Assembly: GCF_001194135.2 (NCBI RefSeq)
Contig: NC_068988.1
Location: 21,889,717-21,923,495, forward strand
Origin: Octopus bimaculoides
Lineage: Eukaryota
Direction of reading: 5' to 3'
Length of the DNA stretch: 33,779 bases
The notes below the pieces were generated by a model. The model ran no database searches. It was given only the letters and a program-made list of their open reading frames with translations, and was not told the origin of the DNA. This document shows, in pieces, positions 10,960 to 22,370 of the stretch. A program made the translations under genes and the position numbers. Numbering within the stretch: position 1 is the first letter of the stretch; every line of letters begins with the position of its first letter.

Positions 10960-12789
10960 GAGGGGAGAGGGAGATAGAGGAGGGAGAGAGTAGAGAGGGA
11001 TAGAGAGGAGGGAGAATGAGGAGAGAGAGATGGGTGTCTGAGAGGGGAGAGAGAAATTATGATGGTGGTGGATATGGAGGTGATGGTGGAGGTGGTGGTT
11101 ATTGTGATTGATTAGTGAAAAGTGTATTTTTTTAAAATTGAACTATACTTTACATATCACCTACCAGTCAACGCATGCGTATAAGTGCAATTCCGTGAAA
11201 TATTCACGTCTATTTACGTGGAAGATATATGCGATTTGACGGAAGCTTATGTAATATGTACGTAACATTTTTTTTTTGTGTGTATAGCAAAAATGGAAAA
11301 ATAAGAGTGAATATTCATTTTATGAGTGCTCTATATTAAGTCTATAAAATTGTGCATAAAGTATATAAAGTGTATATATAAAACCCATTAAGTAATCATC
11401 GTATTCCAATTTCTTTCACTTTTCAATGAGTAGCAGACGAGCGAATATCTTTCCATACAGACACAACACACGATACGCTTTCAGGTTTTCTTGGATAAGG
11501 TTTTCAGAAATAACCCAACAAGTTCACCAGCAATTCCGTGAAATATTCATTGGTCCCGCTCGTAACAATAAATAGAGGTAAGAGCAGTAGTAACAGGGAG
11601 CAATCAAGTAGGAAGAAGATCCAGTGGGTCTATTAAATTCAGTATAATAACTTGGAGGGATTTAGAAGTGCTATCCCAAGTGACGCTTTCATGGGGGCAA
11701 CACGCTTGTTGTCTGTTGCTTAAGTCTGGTAGGAGCGGGCTGAAGGGCTGCCCCGGGCATCAATACACTCTAGCTACACCAATGACTCGACTTGTTAACA
11801 AAACAGCTGCGAAATCTCCTTAAATTAGATGGCTATATTTTTGTTTTAAGTAAATGCATCTTAGCTACTGAAGTCGTCGATGCATTATGATTGGAAACAA
11901 AACAAAAAAGGGTATTCAAGGCTCGAAATTCGTTGAGTAGTAGAGTGGCACGTTGAGGGTGATTTCAGATTCAACAATATAAACATCAACCACATAGCAA
12001 CAGAAACAGAACATCAATTACAATCGAAGGAACATCAGCAACGCTAGAAAGGATGGAGTTAGAATTGCGTTAATCATAGCAAGGATTGACAACAGATGCT
12101 GATCAGAGAAAGAGAAGGAAAAAAAAACTTCGCTAAAAATCAACAAAAAATACATTAAAAATAAGGAAAATATACATTAACTAACTCTTTATAGTTCACT
12201 TTTTTTTGCTGGCAGGATTGATTGTACAATGTAGTAGAGTAAAAATACAGATAATGCCGGGTACGATGAGATGAGAAAGATGTGTGTGTGTGTACTTGTG
12301 CTTGTGTGTATGTATGTGTGTGTGAGAGAGAGAGAGAAAGATGAGAAATGTGTGTGGAAAAGAAAGGGCGGAGGAACGGGAGAATAAATCTTGCCTTATA
12401 TAATTAGATATTGTCAAACAGTTTCTTAATGAGATAATGGGGTTATAAATTTTCATCTATAAAGTTTTAGTCGAACTAGAAAACCTAAAACACGATACTA
12501 ATGGTGATAACGATAGTAGTAGTGGCAGTAGCAACAGCAGCAGCAGCAGTAGTGGTAATGGTAGTGCTAGTGGTAGTAAATGTAGTAAAGATGATGATGG
12601 AGATGGTGATGATAACTGTGAAAACGATTATAATAGTACTCATTTGTTTTATTCGCCAAAAGGGCTCAAATGGCGAAGCACTACACGCAAAAGGTGGGTT
12701 TTATGTTAATCAAAAGAAAATTAATAGCGATGGAGATGTAAGAAGAATCTACAAAAAATGTAAGCAAATTCGATGGAAAATCCCCACAA

Positions 12790-14542
12790 ATAAGAGTTAG
12801 CTTACTCTGCCCGCTAGGATAGAAAGTACATTCTTCCAGGGTCTTTTCTCGTACTTACGTTAGACCTTTTCAGACTCACAATTCTTACCACACCTTTTCA
12901 GACTCACAATTCTTACCACTTTCACACGCCATTCGATTAATACTTTAAACGGCATCATCTTCCTCTATACCCTTCCCTTGTCTTATTCTTCAAATAATAC
13001 TTGAAGTATATGACAGCTTGCCCAGATAGGAAAATGCCAGTCTTCAAATTCTTCAAGTTCACCACAATATCTTTTACCATATCTTCAAAGGAGAAAAATA
13101 TTTGTTTCTGTTTTTTTGCCACAGAATGGTGGCGTGTCGATCTTCACTATAGACGTGGAAGACAACCGGATTCGTCCTACACGTGACAACAGTTGCTCAA
13201 CACACGGACACTGAAAGATGAACGGTTCGTTGCCTGCACACTTTTCAGATACGTTCGGCCGTTGGCTCTTCGACTCATGAAAAGCTTGTTTCGAACAGTT
13301 GATGCATACCTTTAGAAATGCTATGTAAATGACTTCAGTAATTTGTCCATAGTCCTTGACCTCAAAGATCTCCAGAACACACTGCCCAGACTTTTCTCGT
13401 CGAAGCCCAGAGTTATGCTTTGGTCATCGTTATCTTTACTCTCAACTAGTTGTCTATATAAACCTAGTTTTGCCGTTCGTATAGTAACGTTGCCTAGCAC
13501 CATTCAAGATGTCAAACGTCTAGTCTTCGTCTTCTTAACCCATGATTGCAGTTCATTCAAGGAGGCCAGATGCGGGAAGACGTCTCGCGAAAGACGCCCG
13601 GACTAGCCTGCACTCGTTTTCATCGTCGTCAACAGGATCACAATGGTCCAGATATTCCTGCAAATGCGTTTTGGAAAAAAGGGGATATTTCTTTAAATTT
13701 TTCAGCGAAGTTTATTCCCTTATTCAAAAGCTCTGGAGTTATTGATTGGTAATAATTATCAATATCGAACTGCAAAAAGTTTGTATTATTTTTATTATTT
13801 AGGGAAACGAACCATGTAATAACGTCTCCTGTACATTGCCATAAAGGTAAATCATTATTACATCTAATGTGTGGGAGAATTTTATCAATTATAGCATTAC
13901 TAATTCTACCCATGTCGGATTTCATGGGACAGATTAATCAAATACAAGGTTTGCTTTGAAAATCTGGCTTATGATCCTTTAAAATAAAATGCGACGTTTT
14001 AGGGGTGCATGGTTCAGTTTTATCAAGTAAGTTTGATTTCTTAATGAGCCTCTAATGATTAGTATTAATATCATTAAGAGCGTTAATAGTGGATAGTTTG
14101 TACTTAGATTTAAATTCCTTCAGTAATAGATTATTATATTCATCGGTTGGAATTTAGTAGCTATTTCTAGTTTTATCAGATAAAACATGCAAGTTCGGAG
14201 AGTCCTTTATATCCCTGATAATTTTGGCGATCTTATTGTAGAGCGGATTGGTGATCTTCTGAAATTTTAATTTCTGTACGATGCGGATAAGATCCTTTTC
14301 GAAGTTCAAGAAGTCCGGATTAGTTGGAGGGTTTCTACAGGATTTCAAGTTAAACTCGTTGGAAGTATAATTGCTTTCATCGATGATATTGCTGTTTCGT
14401 TTATGCATCTGGTCGTAATGGAATACTCTTTATCTTAATCTTCTTATAAATTCGCTAGTTTTTTTCAGCAAGATTTCTCTGTATAGATGTCTAGGTGATA
14501 TTGGAATGATTTTTGTTGACAAATCCAGAAATGTTTTTCCAT
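12790..14542 (-). pseudogene. Penelope-like element RT ORF (stops and frameshifts), 3' truncated before the GIY-YIG domain
   Basis: Minus strand gives LSTKIIPI...EFIRRLR*, FNLKSCRNPP...SDKTRNSY*, LKDHKPDFQSKPCI*LICPMKSDMGRIS, FLQFDIDNYYQSI, WVKK, PPFCGKKTETNI, KLSY. These match the Penelope/Poseidon RT consensus in order. Putative ATG at 14542 with a 1-nt frameshift. Confidence 0.9.
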
Positions 14543-15459
14543 AGTTGTTACTATATTAAGTGCTCGCTATGAGCTAATGCAGAATACGAGAATTTTAATG
14601 GAAATAAGGCTCCAGTATATAGCACAACTGTTTTTTCACTTGCATATGAGCTAAAGATTAATAAAATTTGGCATTAGATAAAAATTTCAGATATTCGTCT
14701 TAAACATTCAGACAAGCAAATTCATAATTCAGATGAGATATTATTCCATTCAAATAACCACATATCTATATTAAGACATAGAGGATAAAAATATAGAAAT
14801 GTAAGAATATAAACATAAAAAATATAAGGAGTACCATGAAAGTAGAAAATGTAGATAGAATAGATTATAGGAGGCGATTGAAAAGATCGGTCCAAATCAA
14901 CGGCAGTTTCAAAAACGTTTTAAGGAGTTGCAAGGAATAATACAAATTCAACTCCCTGTATATAACATTTCGTTCCTCAGGGTTCCTTTCTCGTGGTAAA
15001 ATCCAGTAAAGCACTACATGGTGAAATTTCTGATGGTCGTTGAGTATCGAATGGATGAATAAGAATAAAATATAAACGACAAAATAAAACCGGACAGACC
15101 AAAATATAAGAATATAATCACTTATATACAAGGATTGAATGAGAAATTAAAAGGGTTGACAGGTGAGATTTTAGTTAATAATGTTTTATGATAGCCATTT
15201 TGTTTTGATATATATTTTTTTGTTTATTTATTTTTTATTTAGTTATTTTTTATAATCCATACTATTATAATAGAGCGGCAATTTAAGTTAAAAGAATTGT
15301 ATATAAGTATTCATTGGATCTAATCCAGGTCCTACTTAAAAAAATTAAAAAAAAATTTAAAGTTCAAAAAATTTTAAAGTTGCTAAATGTCTATGTTTAC
15401 AACATACTAAAACATCTGTAATCTTATTTAATAATGTTTTTATTTCTATTACTAGCAAA
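14543..15459 (-). mobile_element. Upstream pseudo-LTR of the Penelope-like element (ORF C-terminus copy plus 3' UTR and leader)
   Basis: 15437-15357 on the minus strand encodes TLLNKITDVLVCCKHRHLATLKFFEL*, matching the PLE C-terminus LLNKRSELxSKCRH; a hammerhead motif follows downstream. Confidence 0.8.
14894..14986 (-). ncRNA. Type I hammerhead ribozyme motif (PLE pLTR, sense copy; probably impaired)
   Basis: GGAACC-CUGAGGA-63 nt foldable stem II (inner AGGGAGUUG/CAACUCCUU)-GAAA-CUGCCG-UU-GAUUU. One stem I mismatch and a broken stem III palindrome. Confidence 0.6.
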
Positions 15460-15826
15460 TAGTGTGCTACTCGATTTTACGACGAGAAAGGAAACCTGAG
15501 GAGGAAATGTTTTCTTACATTGAATTTGGATTTTTTCCTACAGCCCCTTAAAACTTTACTGAAACGGCCGTAGGTTTAGATTGATCTTTTCAATCACCTC
15601 CTTTGAATCTATTCTAACTATATTTTCTACTTTAATAGCACTCCTTATATAATTTTATGTTTTTTATTTATTTATTTTTTTTAATGTTTATATTCTTATA
15701 TTTCTATATTTTTATCATCTATGTCTTAATATAAATATGTGGCTATTTGAATGGAATACATCTGAATTATAAATTTGCTTGTCTGAATGTTTAAGACACA
15801 TTTCTGAAATTTTTATCTTATACCAA

Positions 15827-15833
<7 letters not shown>
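15460..15833 (+). repeat. Inverted partial pLTR copy (inverted repeat of 14661-15016)
   Basis: Aligns by eye along its length to the reverse complement of 14661-15016 with substitutions and small indels; ends at (TA)n. Confidence 0.9.
15490..15577 (+). ncRNA. Type I hammerhead ribozyme motif (inverted pLTR copy)
   Basis: GGAAAC-CUGAGGA (15496-15502)-58 nt-GAAA (15561)-CGGCCG-UA-GGUUU. Palindromic ACGGCCGU stem III, GUA cleavage triplet, one stem I mismatch. Confidence 0.6.
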
Positions 15834-15870
<37 letters not shown>

Positions 15871-16836
15871 TACTACGTTATCTTATATGATTCAGGTTGA
15901 ATTCATGTATATTTTCCCTTCACGGGATTTAAAAAAATTTACTGTTAACTTCATGCATCAGTAGTTTACATGTTGATTTGTTTCTCGCGGTCACAATGTT
16001 GCCATTAAGTTATTTTCTGTTTTTATGTCAGTCGTCTCGTATTAATATTTTGATGACTGTATTTTAGAGTTGATTTTAGTATCAAACTGCGAGAAATCAG
16101 CACGTGACTACTGAAGTATGATTCTAATAGTTAAAAGATACTTTGCCAAGGAACTCTGCGCAAAGCCAACAAGCATGTAAGAAATAACACAGATAAAAAA
16201 TATAACCAGTTCTTGAAAATAAGACTAAAGGTTTGGAAACGTCGAACGTAAATTTTAGGAAATCATTGTTTCCAAATCAACTGTAAGAAACTAGTAAAAG
16301 AAATAGGAATATATCTAGAATAAAAGAGATAAATTTTGAACTTAGTCATGCATTAAATGAAACATATAAAAAGTGGTTCCACATAGACAGACACATGCAT
16401 ACGTACACACACATATATATATGCATATATGTGCAAATGCATGTATATATATATAAATATATATGCTATAATTTAGAACAAACAGTAAGGTGGTCATAAT
16501 AGTACTCGGAGTTTCGAATTTCGGAGCCATTAATAGCCGACGAGAATGCATCGTAGCTCTTCCCTCCGACATTCGAAACTTCTAAATTATAACATATATA
16601 AAAATTCTCTATTTGTCTAATATCGAGGTCTTATTTTTTGTTGTTAGTTTTTCTCATTATTTTTCTTCTTCTTTCTTCGAATTTTCTTCCATTTCTCGCC
16701 GAGTGTTTTCCGTGCACCTAGGGCAGAGAAGCTCATTGTATGCATTCCCAGTTTACACACACAAATTCACAGGTAAAATATGTATTTAAAAAAATTAATT
16801 AATAAATAAGTTCATGAATGGATGTTGTTTTCACAG

Positions 16837-16893
16837 CGACAATGCGCTTCTCAGTACATGAGTCGTTCCAGCTAACACATTTTGCACTTCCTG
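16837..16893 (+). other. Candidate 57-nt exon (unverified)
   Basis: TGTTGTTTTCACAG acceptor and CTG|GTAAGC donor; one open frame (TMRFSVHESFQLTHFALP). No homology recognised. Confidence 0.2.
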
Positions 16894-16920
16894 GTAAGCC
16901 TGGTATCATTTTCATTTTCA

Positions 16921-16922
16921 TA

Positions 16923-16978
<56 letters not shown>

Positions 16979-17003
16979 CATCATCATCATCATCATTATT
17001 ATT
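16921..17003. repeat. (ATT)n/(ATC)n microsatellite
   Basis: Direct reading. Confidence 0.95.
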
Positions 17004-17005
17004 CA

Positions 17006-17078
17006 GGTCACTGCATGGAATCGAACTCGGAATCTTGAGGTTAGTAGCCTGCGCTCTTAACCGCTACGACATATGCCC
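17006..17078 (-). mobile_element. tRNA-like SINE head (not a functional tRNA)
   Basis: GGGCATATGTCGTAGCGGTTAAG...GAGTTCGATTCC has A and B boxes and a 7-nt loop CTACTAA, but the acceptor and T stems are broken. Confidence 0.75.
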
Positions 17079-17127
17079 GTGGAATGAGAACCTTAAGAAT
17101 GAGAACCCAGGTTCGAAATTTTCCCAA

Positions 17128-17173
17128 GACATCTGATAAAAGCTGGAGAGTATATCAGCCGAAACGTTGTGTT
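17128..17173 (+). ncRNA. Minimal Penelope-type hammerhead motif, degenerate (core CUGAUAA)
   Basis: GACAU-CUGAUAA-A-AGCUG/CAGCC stem II-GAAA-CG-UU-GUGUU; palindromic AACGUU stem III; stem I 5 bp including two G-U pairs. G8-to-A change predicts inactivity. Confidence 0.55.
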
Positions 17174-17526
17174 AACAACAAACAAAATAGGGGCGAATAT
17201 CCGTCAAATGTAAATAATGTAAATAATGTACATAATTCCTCGTGTCTTAAATATACAACTATATATATTTAAGTTTATATATATGTATATATATATANNN
17301 NNNNNNNNNNNNNNNNNNNNNNNNNNNNNNNNNNNNNNNNNNNNNNNNNNNNNNNNNNNNNNNNNNNNNNNNNNNNNNNNNNNNNNNNNNNNNNNNNNNN
17401 NNNNNNNNNNNNNNNNNNNNNNNNNNNNNNNNNNNNNNNNNNNNNNNNNNNNNNNNNNNNNNNNNNNNNNNNNNNNNNNNNNNNNNNNNNNNNNNNNNNN
17501 NNNNNNNNNNNNNNNNNNNNNNNNNN

Positions 17527-17569
<43 letters not shown>

Positions 17570-17875
17570 CTATCTGTCCGTCTGTATGTATATATGCATG
17601 TTTGCCTTGTATGGTTAGATGAGCAATGAGCACCTTCTTTGCTATAAACACCAGCTGACAAAAAAGAAAAGCTTCTGAAAGGTATTTTTGTATGTCATAA
17701 ACGAAATCATGCTAAATAATCCATGATTTCTTTCTGTAAAGCATTGTAGGCATCTTTTCGAAAATTAGCACACGCAGAATTAGGGTTATAGCACCGACTC
17801 ACCCTTGAGTGGTTGTGTATTCTCAATGAACAACTATACTTAAATATACTTCAGTTGTATTGTCTACGTCCATAC

Positions 17876-17964
<89 letters not shown>

Positions 17965-18175
17965 GCATGCATGCATGTGTGCGTACATATGTAGATACAT
18001 GTATATATTTATATATATGGTAGGGTGTATGTGCATGCTATCTATACACACATACTATGAATTCTGTACCAATTTGTAACTAAAACAGTTTCTCACGTAC
18101 AAAGTATGTATCCGAAATATTATGGCGAAAGAAGTAAGCGTGGTTTCTATTTGTCCCTCACCTGTATTTCTGTAG

Positions 18176-18196
18176 TATCGATATCGCTTGCGGCAG
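18176..18196 (+). other. Candidate 21-nt microexon (unverified)
   Basis: CTCAC branch-like motif, CTGTATTTCTGTAG acceptor, CAG|GTCAGT donor; all three frames open. Confidence 0.25.
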
Positions 18197-19904
18197 GTCA
18201 GTTTTAGCCAATGAAAACAAAAAGAAAATGAACGAGTAATTCTTATCCTTGTTGTTTTATTATTTTATCTGCTTCATATTTAGTTTTATGTTGTTTTGGT
18301 TTATCAACCTTTGTTTTTGATATCCTGTATGTAATAAACGATTGCGCATGCGTCTGAATAGGCAACTGTAAAAGAGTTTGTTTGTATAGGATGAAGGAGT
18401 TGAAATGTAATTGGATCCCGGTGGTAGTCAGATCAAACGCACGGAATTTATTGGCAGATAGATTGTCTGATCAAATCGCAGCACCGTTAGTATCGAGCTG
18501 ATGTAGATATGGGCATGTGAACAATAGCAAGTGCAACGGAGGCGCACGTCTATGGAAAGTAGACGTTCAAAGTAAAGGAAAATATTATATTATCCCTTGT
18601 AGAAAAAGTAACTTTGATGATATGTGAATTGACGAGAAGCGTAATTCACATACGGATATTTTCCTATAATGCCTCCACATTAAAGAGACTTTGATGTTTT
18701 CTTATGCAGAACAAGTGAGGAACACATCCAATTTTTCTTCCACTGTTTACACTTATGTATGTGAATAAGTATGAACGTATGTACGTATTTATATATACAC
18801 ACAATAAATACATACATACATACATACATACATCTACACATACATATATACACATAGATATATATATGTGCATTTACATATATACATATATAAACATATA
18901 TGTGTATATATATAAATATATGTGTGTGTATTTATATGTATGTATGTATTTATCAAACATATATATATAGACATCATGCACATATAGACGCGTACATGAA
19001 TGGATATATANNNNNNNNNNNNNNNNNNNNNNNNNNNNNNNNNNNNNNNNNNNNNNNNNNNNNNNNNNNNNNNNNNNNNNNNNNNNNNNNNNNNNNNNNN
19101 NNNNNNNNNNNNNNNNNNNNNNNNNNNNNNNNNNNNNNNNNNNNNNNNNNNNNNNNNNNNNNNNNNNNNNNNNNNNNNNNNNNNNNNNNNNNNNNNNNNN
19201 NNNNNNNNNNNNNNNNNNNNNNNNNNNNNNNNNNNNNNNNNNNNNNNNNNNNNNNNNNNNNNNNNNNNNNNNNNNNNNNNNNNNNNNNNNNNNNNNNNNN
19301 NNNNNNNNNNNNNNNNNNNNNNNNNNNNNNNNNNNNNNNNNNNNNNNNNNNNNNNNNNNNNNNNNNNNNNNNNNNNNNNNNNNNNNNNNNNNNNNNNNNN
19401 NNNNNNNNNNNNNNNNNNNNNNNNNNNNNNNNNNNNNNNNNNNNNNNNNNNNNNNNNNNNNNNNNNNNNNNNNNNNNNNNNNNNNNNNNNNNNNNNNNNN
19501 NNNNNNNNNNNNNNNNNNNNNNNNNNNNNNNNNNNNNNNNNNNNNNNNNNNNNNNNNNNNNNNNNNNNNNNNNNNNNNNNNNNNNNNNNNNNNNNNNNNN
19601 NNNNNNNNNNNNNNNNNNNNNNNNNNNNNNNNNNNNNNNNNNNNNNNNNNNNNNNNNNNNNNNNNNNNNNNNNNNNNNNNNNNNNNNNNNNNNNNNNNNN
19701 NNNNNNNNNNNNNNNNNNNNNNNNNNNNNNNNNNNNNNNNNNNNNNNNNNNNNNNNNNNNNNNNNNNNNNNNNNNNNNNNNNNNNNNNNNNNNNNNNNNN
19801 NNNNNNNNNNNNNNNNNNNNNNNNNNNNNNNNNNNNNNNNNNNNNNNNNNNNNNNNNNNNNNNNNNNNNNNNNNNNNNNNNNNNNNNNNNNNNNNNNNNN
19901 NNNN

Positions 19905-19953
<49 letters not shown>

Positions 19954-20523
19954 CTGACGTTTGTGCATGTGTATAACTATATATGTGTCATATAAACACA
20001 TATGTGTAGTATACATGTAGCGCTTTCACGGAAGCAATGTATTCGTCACCTAGCAATTGAGAAGACAACGTTTCACAATTGTAGATGTTTCAGCTGTTTA
20101 GTGTTTGCTTGCTGTGAGTGGATGTGTAACAGAGGTATGATTTGAGGGGATAATATACAACCTGATAGAAAGCAGAAGAGGGAAAGAGAGAGAGAGAGAG
20201 AGGGGGGATAGGGAGAGCGGGAGACAGAGAGAGATAATATAAAACTAATAATAAAATGAATAAGAAATATATGACATTTCGATAATAACTGGCAAAGAGC
20301 AGAAACTATAAAAATATGAAGAAAAGACAAATAAACGAATAAAAACCAAATCAAAATGAGGAAAAGCATTTAACAATAGATTGCAGTGTTTATATAAAAT
20401 ACAAGAAGCACACACACACACACACACACACACATACATACGTGTATATGTATATATATTTATTTATATAATGTTTATATGCAGTTATCTATCCAACTCT
20501 ATTTGTATATATATGTATGTGTT

Positions 20524-20556
<33 letters not shown>

Positions 20557-21265
20557 NNNNNNNNNNNNNNNNNNNNNNNNNNNNNNNNNNNNNNNNNNNN
20601 NNNNNNNNNNNNNNNNNNNNNNNNNNNNNNNNNNNNNNNNNNNNNNNNNNNNNNNNNNNNNNNNNNNNNNNNNNNNNNNNNNNNNNNNNNNNNNNNNNNN
20701 NNNNNNNNNNNNNNNNNNNNNNNNNNNNNNNNNNNNNNNNNNNNNNNNNNNNNNNNNNNNNNNNNNNNNNNNNNNNNNNNNNNNNNNNNNNNNNNNNNNN
20801 NNNNNNNNNNNNNNNNNNNNNNNNNNNNNNNNNNNNNNNNNNNNNNNNNNNNNNNNNNNNNNNNNNNNNNNNNNNNNNNNNNNNNNNNNNNNNNNNNNNN
20901 NNNNNNNNNNNNNNNNNNNNNNNNNNNNNNNNNNNNNNNNNNNNNNNNNNNNNNNNNNNNNNNNNNNNNNNNNNNNNNNNNNNNNNNNNNNNNNNNNNNN
21001 NNNNNNNNNNNNNNNNNNNNNNNNNNNNNNNNNNNNNNNNNNNNNNNNNNNNNNNNNNNNNNNNNNNNNNNNNNNNNNNNNNNNNNNNNNNNNNNNNNNN
21101 NNNNNNNNNNNNNNNNNNNNNNNNNNNNNNNNNNNNNNNNNNNNNNNNNNNNNNNNNNNNNNNNNNNNNNNNNNNNNNNNNNNNNNNNNNNNNNNNNNNN
21201 NNNNNNNNNNNNNNNNNNNNNNNNNNNNNNNNNNNNNNNNNNNNNNNNNNNNNNNNNNNNNNNNN

Positions 21266-21297
<32 letters not shown>

Positions 21298-21409
21298 TGT
21301 ACACACATATTCTCTCTCTGTGTATATATGGGTGTGTATGTGTCTGAATATATATATGCATACATTCATATACATATATATATATACATGTATCCATACA
21401 TATACATAT

Positions 21410-21463
<54 letters not shown>

Positions 21464-22292
21464 GCATCTATTAAAAGGAAACACTAAATAAAATTGAGTT
21501 CCAGGTCTTGAGGGACTGAGGGACAATTTCTATTTTCGATTATTCGTTAGTGTGGCTTCCCTGTGGTTGTCACAATTCTTGTTTGTTGATTGATAGCTTG
21601 GTTGGTGTTTGAGATGAGAGTGTTTATTAATAACAGTTTCGTAGACGGCAGTTGGTGTGATGCCGTTGAATTACCGTTGCTGACGGTCGTTTCCGATCTG
21701 TTGTTTACTTAACGATGTAAATCGTTACTGCTTTCAGATTGTGTATGTTATTATTCACAGACTTCAACATCTGATCGATAACCTTGACATTTTGGAAATA
21801 CAATGGAACAACAAAAGATTAGCAACTGATGAATAAACCAGGATATGTCTATGGCAGAAGTAAGCTTATTCTAATACGCAAGAATACTTAGAAAAACCTA
21901 CACACATTCTTAATCACTTACTTAGATACACATATTCCAATAAACCTAAGAGAAGAGACAGAGATAGACAGATAGGTAGATAGATAGATAGAGTGAGAGA
22001 AAGAAAAGCGAGGGAGAGAGAGTGAAGGCACACGGGAAAGAGAGACAGATTACCAGAGAGAGAGAGAATGAGAGAGAGAGAGAGAGAGAGAGAGNNNNNN
22101 NNNNCACACACACACACACACACACACACATGCTCACGCACACATATAACCACCGATGCACGTACATAAAACACCTATCAAATGCGAAAATATGTAATCA
22201 ATGGAAATAAATAGCGGAATATATGAGTTAAATGTGTTTTTTTTTGCGATAGAAACTGCGGCAGTTTCCTATATTAATACTTTTTCTTACAG

Positions 22293-22370
22293 CTGATAAA
22301 GCTTCACATACAATTGCAGACGCACAGTTAGAAAGAGACTCTGTTATATACGGATGTTATGCTAGGTTTT
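22293..22370 (+). other. Candidate 78-nt coding exon (unverified)
   Basis: TACTTTTTCTTACAG acceptor and TTT|GTGAGT donor; only the phase-1 frame is open (DKASHTIADAQLERDSVIYGCYARF). Confidence 0.3.

Noticed and set aside
17006-17078. tRNA gene with ACT anticodon
   Set aside because: Acceptor and T stems are disrupted and it runs into (AAT)n; it is a SINE head.
18122-18139. ATGGCGAAAGAA|GTAAGC start-codon exon resembling the one at 21851
   Set aside because: Similarity is limited to the motif, and it would need a 42-nt intron to the next acceptor.
21761-21859. 99-nt exon candidate ending ATGTCTATGGCAGAA|GTAAGC (MSMAE)
   Set aside because: Stops in all three frames, and its phase-0 end is incompatible with the 22293 exon; it could only be a UTR exon, which is untestable here.
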